Source: an uncultured Candidatus Saccharibacteria bacterium | Lineage (GTDB): Bacteria; Patescibacteriota; Minisyncoccia; UBA6257; JACOXY01 | Direction of reading: 5' to 3' | NCBI GenBank assembly: GCA_964357615.1 | Contig: CAYHMC010000007.1 | Span: 4,896-68,895 of the forward strand | DNA length: 64,000 bases | In this document: one piece after another, positions 10,414 to 19,406 of the stretch | How positions within the stretch are numbered: position 1 is the first letter of the stretch | Layout of the letters: every line of letters starts with the position of its first letter | Notes under the pieces: model-generated | What the model was told of the DNA's origin: nothing | Seen by the model: the letters and a program-made list of their open reading frames with translations, nothing else | Database searches by the model: none | Translations under genes and position numbers: made by a program

Positions 10414-10927
10414 AATAGCTCAAAAAAACTAGTTCTATAAAACTAGTAAATATATCTCTCTGACTCAGCCACTCCTATTTTTTGATTTTGCATTAGTTTA
10501 TATTAGTAACTAATATCGCTGTCAAATAGCCACATAAATTAGAACACGAATTCCTAAAAGATTTTCAATCTTCATAACCCAAATAAAGCTTGATCGCTAA
10601 GCTAACTAAGTTACAGCAATGAACATATAGATGGGCATTGCTGTATAAACCAGCTGCACAAAATGGATTACGGAACCAATAAATCTTAAATTATGATTAG
10701 ATAAAAATATCACTATAAACTATCAATAATTGAGTATTGGATTCAATTTTATGCATAATAAAATGTAAACCGACAAACAAAATATTTTAAATAGCCCAGT
10801 TTTTACTTGCTGGTTCATCTGTTAAACATTTTATTTGTTTAACAAGACTTGCTTCTAGACTATAAAAAATAATTCCTCGATTATGGTGAGCAAACTCAAT
10901 AACAATAAAAATAGATCTATAGAATAG

Positions 10928-11009
10928 TGGGCAGGGAGGGATTTGAACCCTCAAGGATTTCTCCATACGGTCCTAAGCCGTACGCGTATGCCAATTCCGC
11001 CACCTGCCC
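10928..11009 (-). tRNA. tRNA-Leu, anticodon TAG, type II with long variable arm
   Basis: Reverse complement folds as a cloverleaf. Acceptor stem GGGCAGG/CCTGCCC, D-stem GCG/CGC, anticodon stem TACGG/CCGTA with loop CTTAGGA (anticodon UAG). The variable arm is ~13 nt (GGAG-AAAT-CTCC stem-loop) and the T-arm is GAGGG-TTCAAAT-CCCTC. Discriminator A; no encoded CCA. Confidence 0.8.
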
Positions 11010-11125
11010 AAACTCAAACAATATAACCTTTAGCCAGTAATCACCCCCAACTAACAGGCGCTAATTTACTAGTATTTAAGATAACAATAATCACTTTCAC
11101 TTGATTGTACTCTATTTATCTTACT

Positions 11126-11154
11126 TTGACAAATTGATGCTTTTATTGTACAAT
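11126..11154 (+). promoter_or_regulatory. Sigma70-like promoter: TTGACA, 17-nt spacer, TACAAT
   Basis: TTGACA at 11126-11131, a 17-nt spacer, and TACAAT at 11149-11154. This lies about 75 nt upstream of the GTG start at 11229, which has an AAGGAAA Shine-Dalgarno. Confidence 0.55.
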
Positions 11155-11228
11155 GTTTTCAGTTCGTAGACAAAGCTGGATAATGTGAATTACAACGCTA
11201 AGCACCAAAACTAAGAAAGGAAACGCGA

Positions 11229-12308
11229 GTGACTGACAGCAAAGCATCAAAAAAAACCAAGCAACCTTGGTACAATGAGATTGGGATAATGATAGGACTA
11301 ATTGTTTTCGTCCTTTCTAGCTATTATTTTGGCATTGGTCCGGTTCCTGCACTTCTTGCAGTAATCGCAGCCATTTTGCCATCAGCTGTAATTATTGTAC
11401 CGCCACTTCATTATGCAGTGCATGATATTTTGGGAAAAAGAGTTAAAAGGGTTACCTTCGAAGGCCCTAAGCTTGTTCTTCCTTTTATGGAAAGCATTAC
11501 TCTTATTGAGAGGGAACTTAAGCGAATACCCTTCATCGCAATCTTTACTAGCGAAGACGAGCAAGAAATTCAAATCAAGGGCGAGCTACAATATCGTGCC
11601 GACCCTGAAGTAACCAATCGCGAAGGTTATAATGTTCACGCTGAAATTTCAGACGAAATTTTATCGCACGGCATCAATGAAGCCATCGAATCGAAAGTAG
11701 GCGCACTTGGTGGCCTTAAAGAACTTCTGGAATTTATTAAAAATAGAAATGCGATAGAAGATTTCTTAAATTGCTCTTTTCGATTAAGTAAGCCACCACA
11801 CCTAAACCACGATAGCAATAACTGCGGAATTGCAGACTGCAAATTGCCGGTGTGTGTTGATGCCTGTGACATTCCTGATTATTACAACAAGCATCATCGT
11901 GAAGTTAAGGCGCTCTTAGACAACGATAGCAAAAATACTAAAGACAGATCCAACATCGAAACTCGTTACGGTATCGATGTCATAAGTCTTCCACTTGGCA
12001 CAATCAGTTTTTCGGAAAAAACAAAAGAATCGATGGAAAAAAAGAAACAAGTGGAATTGAGAAGAGATGCTTTTGAAAGCACAGTCGCGATGATTAAAAA
12101 AGTTAGAGAACTTGGAGAAGATGTAACTTTCCAAGAGGCAGCTAATGCGGCTCATTGCGCGCTAGAACCAGAAATTGCTAAGAGCAAAAGAATTGTTTCT
12201 GTGGAAGGAGGACTTGGGATGCTGGGTGCCCTACTCACGAACATGGTCGGCATTACCGGCGACGAAAATCAGAATAAAAAAACTCAGCAAAAAACGGGTT
12301 CTAAATAA
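11229..12308 (+). CDS. SPFH/Band-7 (stomatin/prohibitin-like) domain membrane protein
   Basis: 359 aa with a GTG start. An N-terminal TM region is followed by GKRVKRVTFEGPKLVLPFMESITLIERELKRIPF...IQIKGELQYRADPEV, which resembles the SPFH core. The C-terminal half is charged and coiled-coil-like. Confidence 0.55.
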   Translation: MTDSKASKKTKQPWYNEIGIMIGLIVFVLSSYYFGIGPVPALLAVIAAILPSAVIIVPPLHYAVHDILGKRVKRVTFEGPKLVLPFMESITLIERELKRIPFIAIFTSEDEQEIQIKGELQYRADPEVTNREGYNVHAEISDEILSHGINEAIESKVGALGGLKELLEFIKNRNAIEDFLNCSFRLSKPPHLNHDSNNCGIADCKLPVCVDACDIPDYYNKHHREVKALLDNDSKNTKDRSNIETRYGIDVISLPLGTISFSEKTKESMEKKKQVELRRDAFESTVAMIKKVRELGEDVTFQEAANAAHCALEPEIAKSKRIVSVEGGLGMLGALLTNMVGITGDENQNKKTQQKTGSK

Positions 12309-12799
12309 TGGCTCACCGAGTAAAAATTTCAAACGACTACACGTCAATTAGCGCTCTCATTAAGTTAATTATCTTTGTTTCGATTGTTGTATTCGCATCT
12401 CATTGTTTTTATAAATCATCTAACGATAGTGATACGACAAATAATCCGTCCTCAACCGTTAGTGGAAAATGTAGCGAGTTTAGGATTTGGTCATTGACCA
12501 ACAGACGACTACATAATCGTGCTTATATAAACGAATCAATCAATGGCTGCGTTGATATTGATTTGATGGGAGATTATCCATTTACTTTGGAATTTTATTC
12601 AGCTGGACCTGCAATTCACTTCGATTGCACACCTCTTCAAAATGGTGTGTCGGTCGTAGCTATTAAATGTCCAGGAATGCAAAAGCCAATAATCTTGGAC
12701 TCAAATACTAAAGATTATGTTTTAGGCGGCGAATCCTGTGGACAGAGTCCGCTTAAAATTTATGGAACAGGAAGTTGCACATTAAAACTCATAAAGTAA
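12308..12799 (+). CDS. Hypothetical Cys-rich membrane-anchored or secreted protein
   Basis: 163 aa. Its start overlaps the stop of the upstream gene (TAATGG). It has an N-terminal hydrophobic segment and 8 Cys. No family was recognised. Confidence 0.4.
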   Translation: MAHRVKISNDYTSISALIKLIIFVSIVVFASHCFYKSSNDSDTTNNPSSTVSGKCSEFRIWSLTNRRLHNRAYINESINGCVDIDLMGDYPFTLEFYSAGPAIHFDCTPLQNGVSVVAIKCPGMQKPIILDSNTKDYVLGGESCGQSPLKIYGTGSCTLKLIK

Positions 12800-12805
12800 A
12801 ATTAA

Positions 12806-12835
12806 ACCCTCACCAGAATTGGTGAGGGCTTATTT
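12806..12835 (+). terminator. Rho-independent terminator
   Basis: Hairpin CCCTCACC-agaa-TTGGTGAGGG followed by a T-run (cttatttatatt). Confidence 0.7.
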
Positions 12836-12886
12836 ATATTCTAAAACTATATTTAGTTAAAAAAATATTTCTCTTGCTCAGGCAAA

Positions 12887-13234
12887 TTAACCAGCGCTAA
12901 TACCAAGAAAATCACGGACCAAGAAAGTAACCGAGGCGGCAAGGAGAGCTACGCCGATTGCTACTGCTGCATAAATGACTGCATTTGTAGCTTCAGAAAC
13001 TTTGCTAGCATCTCCACCAGAGGTAAGATATTTAAATGCTGCAATAAGCAAAAAGATTACTGCAACAATAAGAAATATGCTGAATAACCAACTTACCACA
13101 TTTTGCAAAAGACCTAATACATATTCAATATTAAAACCAGGAATTGGAGCTGGGGCAACGAGAGCTGCTCCGGCTATCATTGGTAGCAACAAACTAGCTA
13201 CTGCGATTACTCCAGAAATTTTTTGTAATTTCAT
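12887..13234 (-). CDS. VirB2/TrbC-like T4SS pilin paralog 1
   Basis: 115 aa. Long signal peptide MKLQKISGVIAVASLLLPMIAGAA, then two hydrophobic helices separated by a short polar loop (FKYLTSGGDASKVSEA). The small C-terminal tail ends ...GISAG. It is about 90 percent identical to the 14140..14487 product. Confidence 0.55.
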   Translation of the reverse strand: MKLQKISGVIAVASLLLPMIAGAALVAPAPIPGFNIEYVLGLLQNVVSWLFSIFLIVAVIFLLIAAFKYLTSGGDASKVSEATNAVIYAAVAIGVALLAASVTFLVRDFLGISAG

Positions 13235-13483
13235 AAATTTATAATTATTAACAATAATAAAATTTACGACCTTTAATGAATAAATTATTTAAGCCAACTT
13301 AAAATATAGATAAGTTGCCATATAAGTATTATATACTATATTACCTAAGATTTAATTAATACTGTGGATAAAAATTAAATAGAATAATTTTACAAATAAA
13401 AAACGCCGACCAGAAAATCAGCGCTTTTTATTTGTAATAAGTATTTCTTAGTTACTAACTTACCTAGCAATGAGCAATATATT

Positions 13484-13831
13484 TTACCCTGCAGATATGC
13501 CCAAGAAACTCTCCACCAAACTACGAACGCCACTAGCAAGTAGCGCTACACCAATTGCTACAACCGCAAATATTACTGACCTATTTGCTTCGGAAACCCT
13601 AGAGGCATCTCCACCAGAGGTAAGATATTTAAATGCTGATAAAAGAAGCATTACCACAGCAAAAATCATAAAAATAGCAAAGAGCCAGTTAACTGCTGTA
13701 TCTAAAATGCCCAAAAAAGTTCCAACATTCAAAGTAACACTTGGTGGTGGTGGTAAAGGAGCAGCACTTGCAATCATCGGCAAAAGCATGCTTCCTAAGA
13801 AAAATATTTTTGAAATTTTATTTAACTTCAT
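13484..13831 (-). CDS. VirB2/TrbC-like T4SS pilin paralog 2
   Basis: 115 aa with the same architecture. MKLNKISKIFFLGSMLLPMIASAA signal peptide, AFKYLTSGGDASRVSEANRSVIFAVVAIGVALLA, ends GISAG. Confidence 0.55.
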   Translation of the reverse strand: MKLNKISKIFFLGSMLLPMIASAAPLPPPPSVTLNVGTFLGILDTAVNWLFAIFMIFAVVMLLLSAFKYLTSGGDASRVSEANRSVIFAVVAIGVALLASGVRSLVESFLGISAG

Positions 13832-14139
13832 AAAAAATTTATCAAAACTACGACCTTTTCATAATTATGTTTTAACGATGAAGACTAAGTACCCGATTAA
13901 ATAGTTTAACAAAAAAATATTTAATCGAAAATAATTAATCACATTGTCATATATTAATTCTAAACCCTCAATTCCTGAATTGCAAATAAGTCAATAATGA
14001 TCTTCTATTCATAATTATATTTTATATATTTAACAAAAAATATATTTCCCTAACTAGGAATTAAACACAAAAGCGCTCTGGAACTAAACCAAAGCGCTTT
14101 TTATTATATTACATGGCTAGCTATACAATGTAACTCTAA

Positions 14140-14487
14140 TTAACCAGCGCTAATACCAAGAAAATCACGAACCAAATATTGAACTGAAGCGGCAAGGAGA
14201 GCTACGCCAATTGCAACTGCTGCATATATAACAGATTTGCTTGCTTCTCCTACCTTTGCTGAATCTCCACCAGAGGTAAGATATTTAAATGCTGCAAGAA
14301 GCAAAAAGATTACTGCAACAATAAGAAATATGCTGAATAACCAGCTTACTACATTCTGCAAAAGACCTAATACATATTCAATATTAAAACCAGGAATTGG
14401 AGCTGGGGCAACAACTGCTGCTCCGGCTATCATTGGTAGCAACAAACTAGCTACTGCGACTACTCCAGAAATTTTTTGTAATTTCAT
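14140..14487 (-). CDS. VirB2/TrbC-like T4SS pilin paralog 3
   Basis: 115 aa, near-identical to paralog 1. Confidence 0.55.
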   Translation of the reverse strand: MKLQKISGVVAVASLLLPMIAGAAVVAPAPIPGFNIEYVLGLLQNVVSWLFSIFLIVAVIFLLLAAFKYLTSGGDSAKVGEASKSVIYAAVAIGVALLAASVQYLVRDFLGISAG

Positions 14488-14705
14488 AAATTATTTTAAT
14501 TATTTGCCGACCTTTTAAAGCCTACTCATTAATAGTAACTAAAAAACAGGCATTCGAGCAAATGTGGATAAGTCTTAGTAAGAACAGAGGGCGCTTAATC
14601 ATAAAAATAATATTTAAAAATATCTAAACAAATCCCAACAATAAGTTAAAAAAACAAACTGCTCCTTGCTATGTTTGTGGTGTGAGCTCTATCAAGATAA
14701 GTTTT

Positions 14706-15026
14706 TTAACCAGCAAACCCTCCACCCGTTATAAGCTCTATGATGAGAGTTGTTATGCCTTTTGATAAATATGCGGTTAGCACTGCTAAAACTGCATAGA
14801 CTAGGGCTCGATTGGCAGTTCTAACTTCTTCTGCATTAGCACCTGCGGTAGCATATTTGAATGCAGAGTAAATTACAGCAATTACAGAAAAAATAATTAG
14901 AGAAGTAAAAACGAAGGCAATGATTCTATCGAAAATTAATAAGACTCCCGCGGAATCAATGTTTGAAACTGATCCAGCTGGATCAACGCCACCGCCAACT
15001 GCTGATTGAGCTAAATATTTAAACAT
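14706..15026 (-). CDS. VirB2/TrbC-like pilin paralog 4 (divergent)
   Basis: 106 aa with two hydrophobic helices and the loop FKYATAGANAEEVRTAN. Gly-rich C-terminus ITGGGFAG. Confidence 0.5.
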   Translation of the reverse strand: MFKYLAQSAVGGGVDPAGSVSNIDSAGVLLIFDRIIAFVFTSLIIFSVIAVIYSAFKYATAGANAEEVRTANRALVYAVLAVLTAYLSKGITTLIIELITGGGFAG

Positions 15027-15035
15027 AATTATATT

Positions 15036-15425
15036 TTAACCAGCCGCAGCACCACCGCTAATTATTTCCCTTACCAAAGTTATTATTCCTTTAGAAACAA
15101 GCACTAATGCAAATCCAATAATTGCATACATTATTGATTTGCTTCCTCTCCTAAACTGCTCGGCATTGCCACCAGCTGTTAACATTTGAAAAGATCCGAT
15201 TAAAATCATAATAACGGCAATGGGGATAGATATGGTTACCAAAAAACCAATTGCAATATTAATAATATCAACCAAGTTTTTGTCGCCTACAGGATTGGGA
15301 ACAGGAATTACTCCACCAGGCACAATGTCGCCAGCCTGCGCGTATATAAAATTTATATTTATAAATCCAAAAAGCACAACGAAGCTAAGTATTTTTAAAC
15401 TATTCATTACTAATTTAGTATTCAT
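15036..15425 (-). CDS. VirB2/TrbC-like pilin paralog 5 (divergent)
   Basis: 129 aa. Signal/TM segment, then SFQMLTAGGNAEQFRRGSKSIMYAIIGFALVLV. C-terminus ISGGAAAG. Confidence 0.5.
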   Translation of the reverse strand: MNTKLVMNSLKILSFVVLFGFININFIYAQAGDIVPGGVIPVPNPVGDKNLVDIINIAIGFLVTISIPIAVIMILIGSFQMLTAGGNAEQFRRGSKSIMYAIIGFALVLVSKGIITLVREIISGGAAAG

Positions 15426-15465
15426 AAATAAAAGTGATTTAATATTATTCTTATATATTTTGATT

Positions 15466-15813
15466 CTAACTGCCAGTTATAAGTTCGCGAATAAGAGTAG
15501 TCGAACCTCTAGCAAGCAACACAAGAGCAAAACCAACTATCGAATAAATAACTGTTTTGGTGCCTTTCCTAAACTGCTCAGCATTACCACCGGATGTTAA
15601 CATTTGAAAAGCTCCAATTAAAACCATCAGCACTGTAATAGGAATGGATACGGTTACTAAAAAATCTATGACTCTATTAATTACATCACTTATGGTCCCA
15701 GAAAATGGGGAAGCGGTTATTATTGGCCCTTGTGCGCTTACTATACTTGCATCCAAAAAAACAATTACCACTAAATAATAAACCAGAAAAATCCCAAGCA
15801 TTTTTTTTAGCAT
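15466..15813 (-). CDS. VirB2/TrbC-like pilin paralog 6 (divergent)
   Basis: 115 aa. AFQMLTSGGNAEQFRKGTKTVIYSIVGFALVLLA. C-terminus ELITGS. Confidence 0.5.
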   Translation of the reverse strand: MLKKMLGIFLVYYLVVIVFLDASIVSAQGPIITASPFSGTISDVINRVIDFLVTVSIPITVLMVLIGAFQMLTSGGNAEQFRKGTKTVIYSIVGFALVLLARGSTTLIRELITGS

Positions 15814-15913
15814 ACGAATAAAAATATTAGATGGAAAAAATTAATCAATTAAAAACACTTATACAAATAAGCATATCAATAAAAATATCTAAATCAAAAT
15901 CTATATACTGATT

Positions 15914-16834
15914 CTAAAATCTTATATCCCAGTGATTCGTCTCTCTGGCGTAAATATGTCCGGTGTTAGTATCTCTATACAAGGTAGCACCATCACTTCT
16001 AATTCCAGTCCTAACAAATCCATTAGCACCATTCCCAGTATTTCCTGCAATAAAGTTATCCACACAACTTGATAGTCTAAAATCTAATTTATTTCCACTC
16101 TGATGAGAATTCGGTCCAGTCGCATGTCCACCAGAAACTTCCGTGCCTCCAGTTATAACAATAGGACATCCACTCCTACTCTGAAAACTAACTGCTCCAC
16201 TTTGCGCAGATGTCGACAAGCCATCCAAACAAGTTTGTGGGCAATCATTATTAACTGTAATTTTTCCTCCGCTTGCGCTTAGCAATTGGGCTCTTATTAA
16301 ATTGCTTGCAGCTACATCATTACCTGTTCTACTTGTTGGTTGGGGTGCCCTACTACTATTAGGCAAAACAACTCCACCAGGTCCATTTGATGCTGTTAAT
16401 GTTTCTTCGGGTGGACAATCAATTTGATTCCACGGCTTACCAGTTACATTGTTTACTACAAGTAAATAAAAAACTTGATTAATAATGAGCCAAGAAACGA
16501 GCATTAAAATAACTCCTACTATAGCCCCAGTAATGGCACTTCTGCCTTGTTGGATTTTAGAAGGCATAGCTCCACCCAGCATTATTTGTATAGCACCGTA
16601 AGTAATAACAAGAACTGCCAAGATGGCGCCCACCTCAATCATATAGTTTGTGACTGTTTTGATTGTGTTTAGTCCATCGCAGAGGGTGCAATACTTAGTT
16701 CCGGGAGGAAAACTCAATGTTCCATGACACTGGTCTGGATCTATAATAGAAAAAGCATTTGTTGTAAAAGGTAGGAAGATGAGAAAAAGAAGCGGGAGGA
16801 GGAGAATTTTATTTTTGAGAAATATATTTTGCAT
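15914..16834 (-). CDS. Fusion protein: pilin-like N-terminal module plus C-terminal putative peptidoglycan peptidase domain
   Basis: 306 aa. The N-terminal ~165 aa has a signal peptide and two hydrophobic helices with a GG-containing loop (IQIMLGGAMPSKIQQGRSA), as in the pilin paralogs. It is identical to the N-terminus of the 16930..17985 product. The C-terminal domain contains SHQSGNKLD, an HxxGxxxD spacing reminiscent of M15-type peptidases; this assignment is weak. Confidence 0.45.
   Translation of the reverse strand: MQNIFLKNKILLLPLLFLIFLPFTTNAFSIIDPDQCHGTLSFPPGTKYCTLCDGLNTIKTVTNYMIEVGAILAVLVITYGAIQIMLGGAMPSKIQQGRSAITGAIVGVILMLVSWLIINQVFYLLVVNNVTGKPWNQIDCPPEETLTASNGPGGVVLPNSSRAPQPTSRTGNDVAASNLIRAQLLSASGGKITVNNDCPQTCLDGLSTSAQSGAVSFQSRSGCPIVITGGTEVSGGHATGPNSHQSGNKLDFRLSSCVDNFIAGNTGNGANGFVRTGIRSDGATLYRDTNTGHIYARETNHWDIRF
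16345..16810. repeat. Approx. 470 bp direct repeat, copy 1, identical to about 17495-17960. Encodes the shared pilin-like N-terminal module.
   Basis: The sequences run identically through ...ttcttcgggtggacaatcaatttgattccacggcttaccagttacattgtttactacaag.... The encoded amino acids are identical from KILLLPLLFLIF to GGVVLP. Boundaries are estimated by eye. Confidence 0.75.
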
Positions 16835-16929
16835 GAATAATTCTCTTCAATTCTAACACAAAAGAGCTCGGAGAAATATCACGCGAAAATACTTATTAAA
16901 GAAAAATTCTAAATATATAAAATCAAAAC

Positions 16930-17985
16930 CTAAAAACATTTTCCAAAATTGCAGGCTTTGCCTTTTATAAAACAAGCATTATATCTTCCTTCTCCTGGCC
17001 TTATTGGACATCCCCATTTTGGAATTGCTGGCCATCCATCTGACACCTTACAATCAACGCTTGAGCCACTTTGTCTTATGCCAGCATTATAAATTGCGTA
17101 AGTTAATTCTTCGACAGTAGCGGCGTTTCCGTAGCGAGATTTTAGCGATTTTGCTGAGGAATATGCATCTGCCAAAACTTTGGTTCCTTGCTGAATATTT
17201 GTATCAGGATTTAATGAACAAGCACCGATTGGTTGCATTAAACCACAGCTTAATCCATCTACAGATCCAGCATTAGGATTACATCTAGACTCCATAGCAA
17301 TGATTGCCTTGATTAGAGATTCTGGAACATTGTATATGTCAGAATATTTAGCTATAGATGTTTGCCACGGTGAAGTATCGCATGTCGGACAAGACCCAAT
17401 ACCAGCGCATATTTGGCCACCACCAGAAAGCTGAGCTTTTGCAGCATTAACATCAGCACACGAATCTCCTCCGCCAGGAGGGGGACTACCGCCAGGCAAA
17501 ACAACTCCACCAGGTCCATTTGATGCTGTTAATGTTTCTTCGGGTGGACAATCAATTTGATTCCACGGCTTACCAGTTACATTGTTTACTACAAGTAAAT
17601 AAAAAACTTGATTAATAATGAGCCAAGAAACGAGCATTAAAATAACTCCTACTATAGCCCCAGTAATGGCACTTCTGCCTTGTTGGATTTTAGAAGGCAT
17701 AGCTCCACCCAGCATTATTTGTATAGCACCGTAAGTAATAACAAGAACTGCCAAGATGGCGCCCACCTCAATCATATAGTTTGTGACTGTTTTGATTGTG
17801 TTTAGTCCATCGCAGAGGGTGCAATACTTAGTTCCGGGAGGAAAACTCAATGTTCCATGACACTGGTCTGGATCTATAATAGAAAAAGCATTTGTTGTAA
17901 AAGGTAGGAAGATGAGAAAAAGAAGCGGGAGGAGGAGAATTTTATTTTTGCCTTTCATATATAAAATAAGTTTAACACAAAGCAA
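16930..17985 (-). CDS. Fusion protein: pilin-like N-terminal module plus C-terminal lytic transglycosylase (SLT, VirB1-like) domain
   Basis: 351 aa. The N-terminal module is identical to that of the 15914..16834 protein. The C-terminus contains AIIAMESRCNPNAGSVDGLSCGLMQP, the SLT-domain catalytic Glu-Ser and GLMQ motif. Confidence 0.6.
   Translation of the reverse strand: MLCVKLILYMKGKNKILLLPLLFLIFLPFTTNAFSIIDPDQCHGTLSFPPGTKYCTLCDGLNTIKTVTNYMIEVGAILAVLVITYGAIQIMLGGAMPSKIQQGRSAITGAIVGVILMLVSWLIINQVFYLLVVNNVTGKPWNQIDCPPEETLTASNGPGGVVLPGGSPPPGGGDSCADVNAAKAQLSGGGQICAGIGSCPTCDTSPWQTSIAKYSDIYNVPESLIKAIIAMESRCNPNAGSVDGLSCGLMQPIGACSLNPDTNIQQGTKVLADAYSSAKSLKSRYGNAATVEELTYAIYNAGIRQSGSSVDCKVSDGWPAIPKWGCPIRPGEGRYNACFIKGKACNFGKCF
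17495..17960. repeat. Approx. 470 bp direct repeat, copy 2, identical to 16345-16810
   Basis: See copy 1. Confidence 0.75.
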
Positions 17986-18056
17986 AAAAATATTTATGAG
18001 CTGAAAAAATAATTTATCTAAATAAAATAAATGAACTAAATAAAGGATGGGCTTAA

Positions 18057-19406
18057 CTATCTCATGAGCAATGAAACTGCGTCCTCAGCCCTATCAATAG
18101 CAACTTCAGCAGATAATTCGCCCCTTATAACGGCACCAATCATTTCAGAAATTATTCCCTCAATTGAACCTGTGTCTTTTTGCCACCACGATTTTGCTGT
18201 TTGTGATTGACGAACAAAAACTCCAAGCTCTGGGTCATTTTTCTTTCTATCAATTAATGTAAGCAATGCTGGTGGCTTTCCGGTTTCCACTGAATATGCG
18301 TCAGCACTAACTTCGTTGGCCGTAATAGCTGCAATAAAATCCCAAGCCCATTGAGGATTTTCGCTTTGTCTTGATACTGCTAGTCCCCAATAATTTGCAT
18401 AATTTGTTGGTTGCACTGCATCGGCTGGCTGTGGCACCGGCGCAACTCTAAATTTAAGAAAGGCATTCTTAGCTTTTACGATAGGAATTGCATGAGCATA
18501 ATTAAACATAATTGCAGTATTTCCAGACGCAAAACTATCTATTGAATAAGGAAAGCGCTCACTCCATGTATAAAATTGAGAATACGGATTTGCAAACTGT
18601 GTATAAAACTTAAGTCCTTCTAATCCTGGGTTTGTTTTTTCAGTAGACTGAGAAAAAATAGCACTTGTATTTTTACTATTCGTAAATTTTGCTCCTCTCT
18701 GCATCATTATTAAAGAAACTAAATCTGTGGCACGATTGACGCTAAGCGTAGTTCCACCAATCGCAGCAGCTGATAATTTTATATTATTTGTGCCAGTGTC
18801 AATTTCTCTAATTTGCGAAACAACACTTTCAAAATCAGACCAAGTAGTTGGTACAACCGCAATGCTCTTTCGCGCAAATATATCTAAGTTATAAAACATT
18901 GCCAAAGAATCGAGATATAGTGGAAATGCATAAATTGCCGAATCTCTTGTAAAATCGTTCATAACAACCTCTGGAAATAAATCTCTATACTTAACAAATG
19001 GAAATTCAGTAGCCGTTTGCAATCTTTGATCAAGGGGTAAAATCTTACTTTCGTGCTTTGGAAGCCAATTATTTTGAACCATGAAAATATCTGGCCCTCT
19101 TCCTTCCGCCAATGCATTCACAAGGTCATTTTCATAATTTTCAACCTCACTTCGTCCATTGTTTTTTTGGACATAAGGAACATAAGTTATAGTTACATTT
19201 TTATTAGCCTTGCTATATACATCCACGATAGAATCAAATGCTCTTTTGTCATCAATTACACCCCAAACAACTAATTTCATTGTTGGTACACGAACAATAA
19301 TTTTCAACCCTATGATAAATAGAAAATATAAAAACAAAAGCGATCCTACTATAGCTATAATTATTTTTAGCTTTTGAAATGTTAATCCAAAGGGTAAATT
19401 ATTCAT
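18057..19406 (-). CDS. Extracellular solute-binding protein, family 1 (sugar/maltodextrin-type ABC transporter SBP), N-terminally membrane-anchored
   Basis: 449 aa. The N-terminal TM segment (IIIAIVGSLLFLYFLFIIGL) is followed by LVVWGV...DIFMVQNNWLPKH and an overall SBP_bac_1-like pattern. No permease or ATPase genes are adjacent. Confidence 0.5.
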   Translation of the reverse strand: MNNLPFGLTFQKLKIIIAIVGSLLFLYFLFIIGLKIIVRVPTMKLVVWGVIDDKRAFDSIVDVYSKANKNVTITYVPYVQKNNGRSEVENYENDLVNALAEGRGPDIFMVQNNWLPKHESKILPLDQRLQTATEFPFVKYRDLFPEVVMNDFTRDSAIYAFPLYLDSLAMFYNLDIFARKSIAVVPTTWSDFESVVSQIREIDTGTNNIKLSAAAIGGTTLSVNRATDLVSLIMMQRGAKFTNSKNTSAIFSQSTEKTNPGLEGLKFYTQFANPYSQFYTWSERFPYSIDSFASGNTAIMFNYAHAIPIVKAKNAFLKFRVAPVPQPADAVQPTNYANYWGLAVSRQSENPQWAWDFIAAITANEVSADAYSVETGKPPALLTLIDRKKNDPELGVFVRQSQTAKSWWQKDTGSIEGIISEMIGAVIRGELSAEVAIDRAEDAVSLLMR

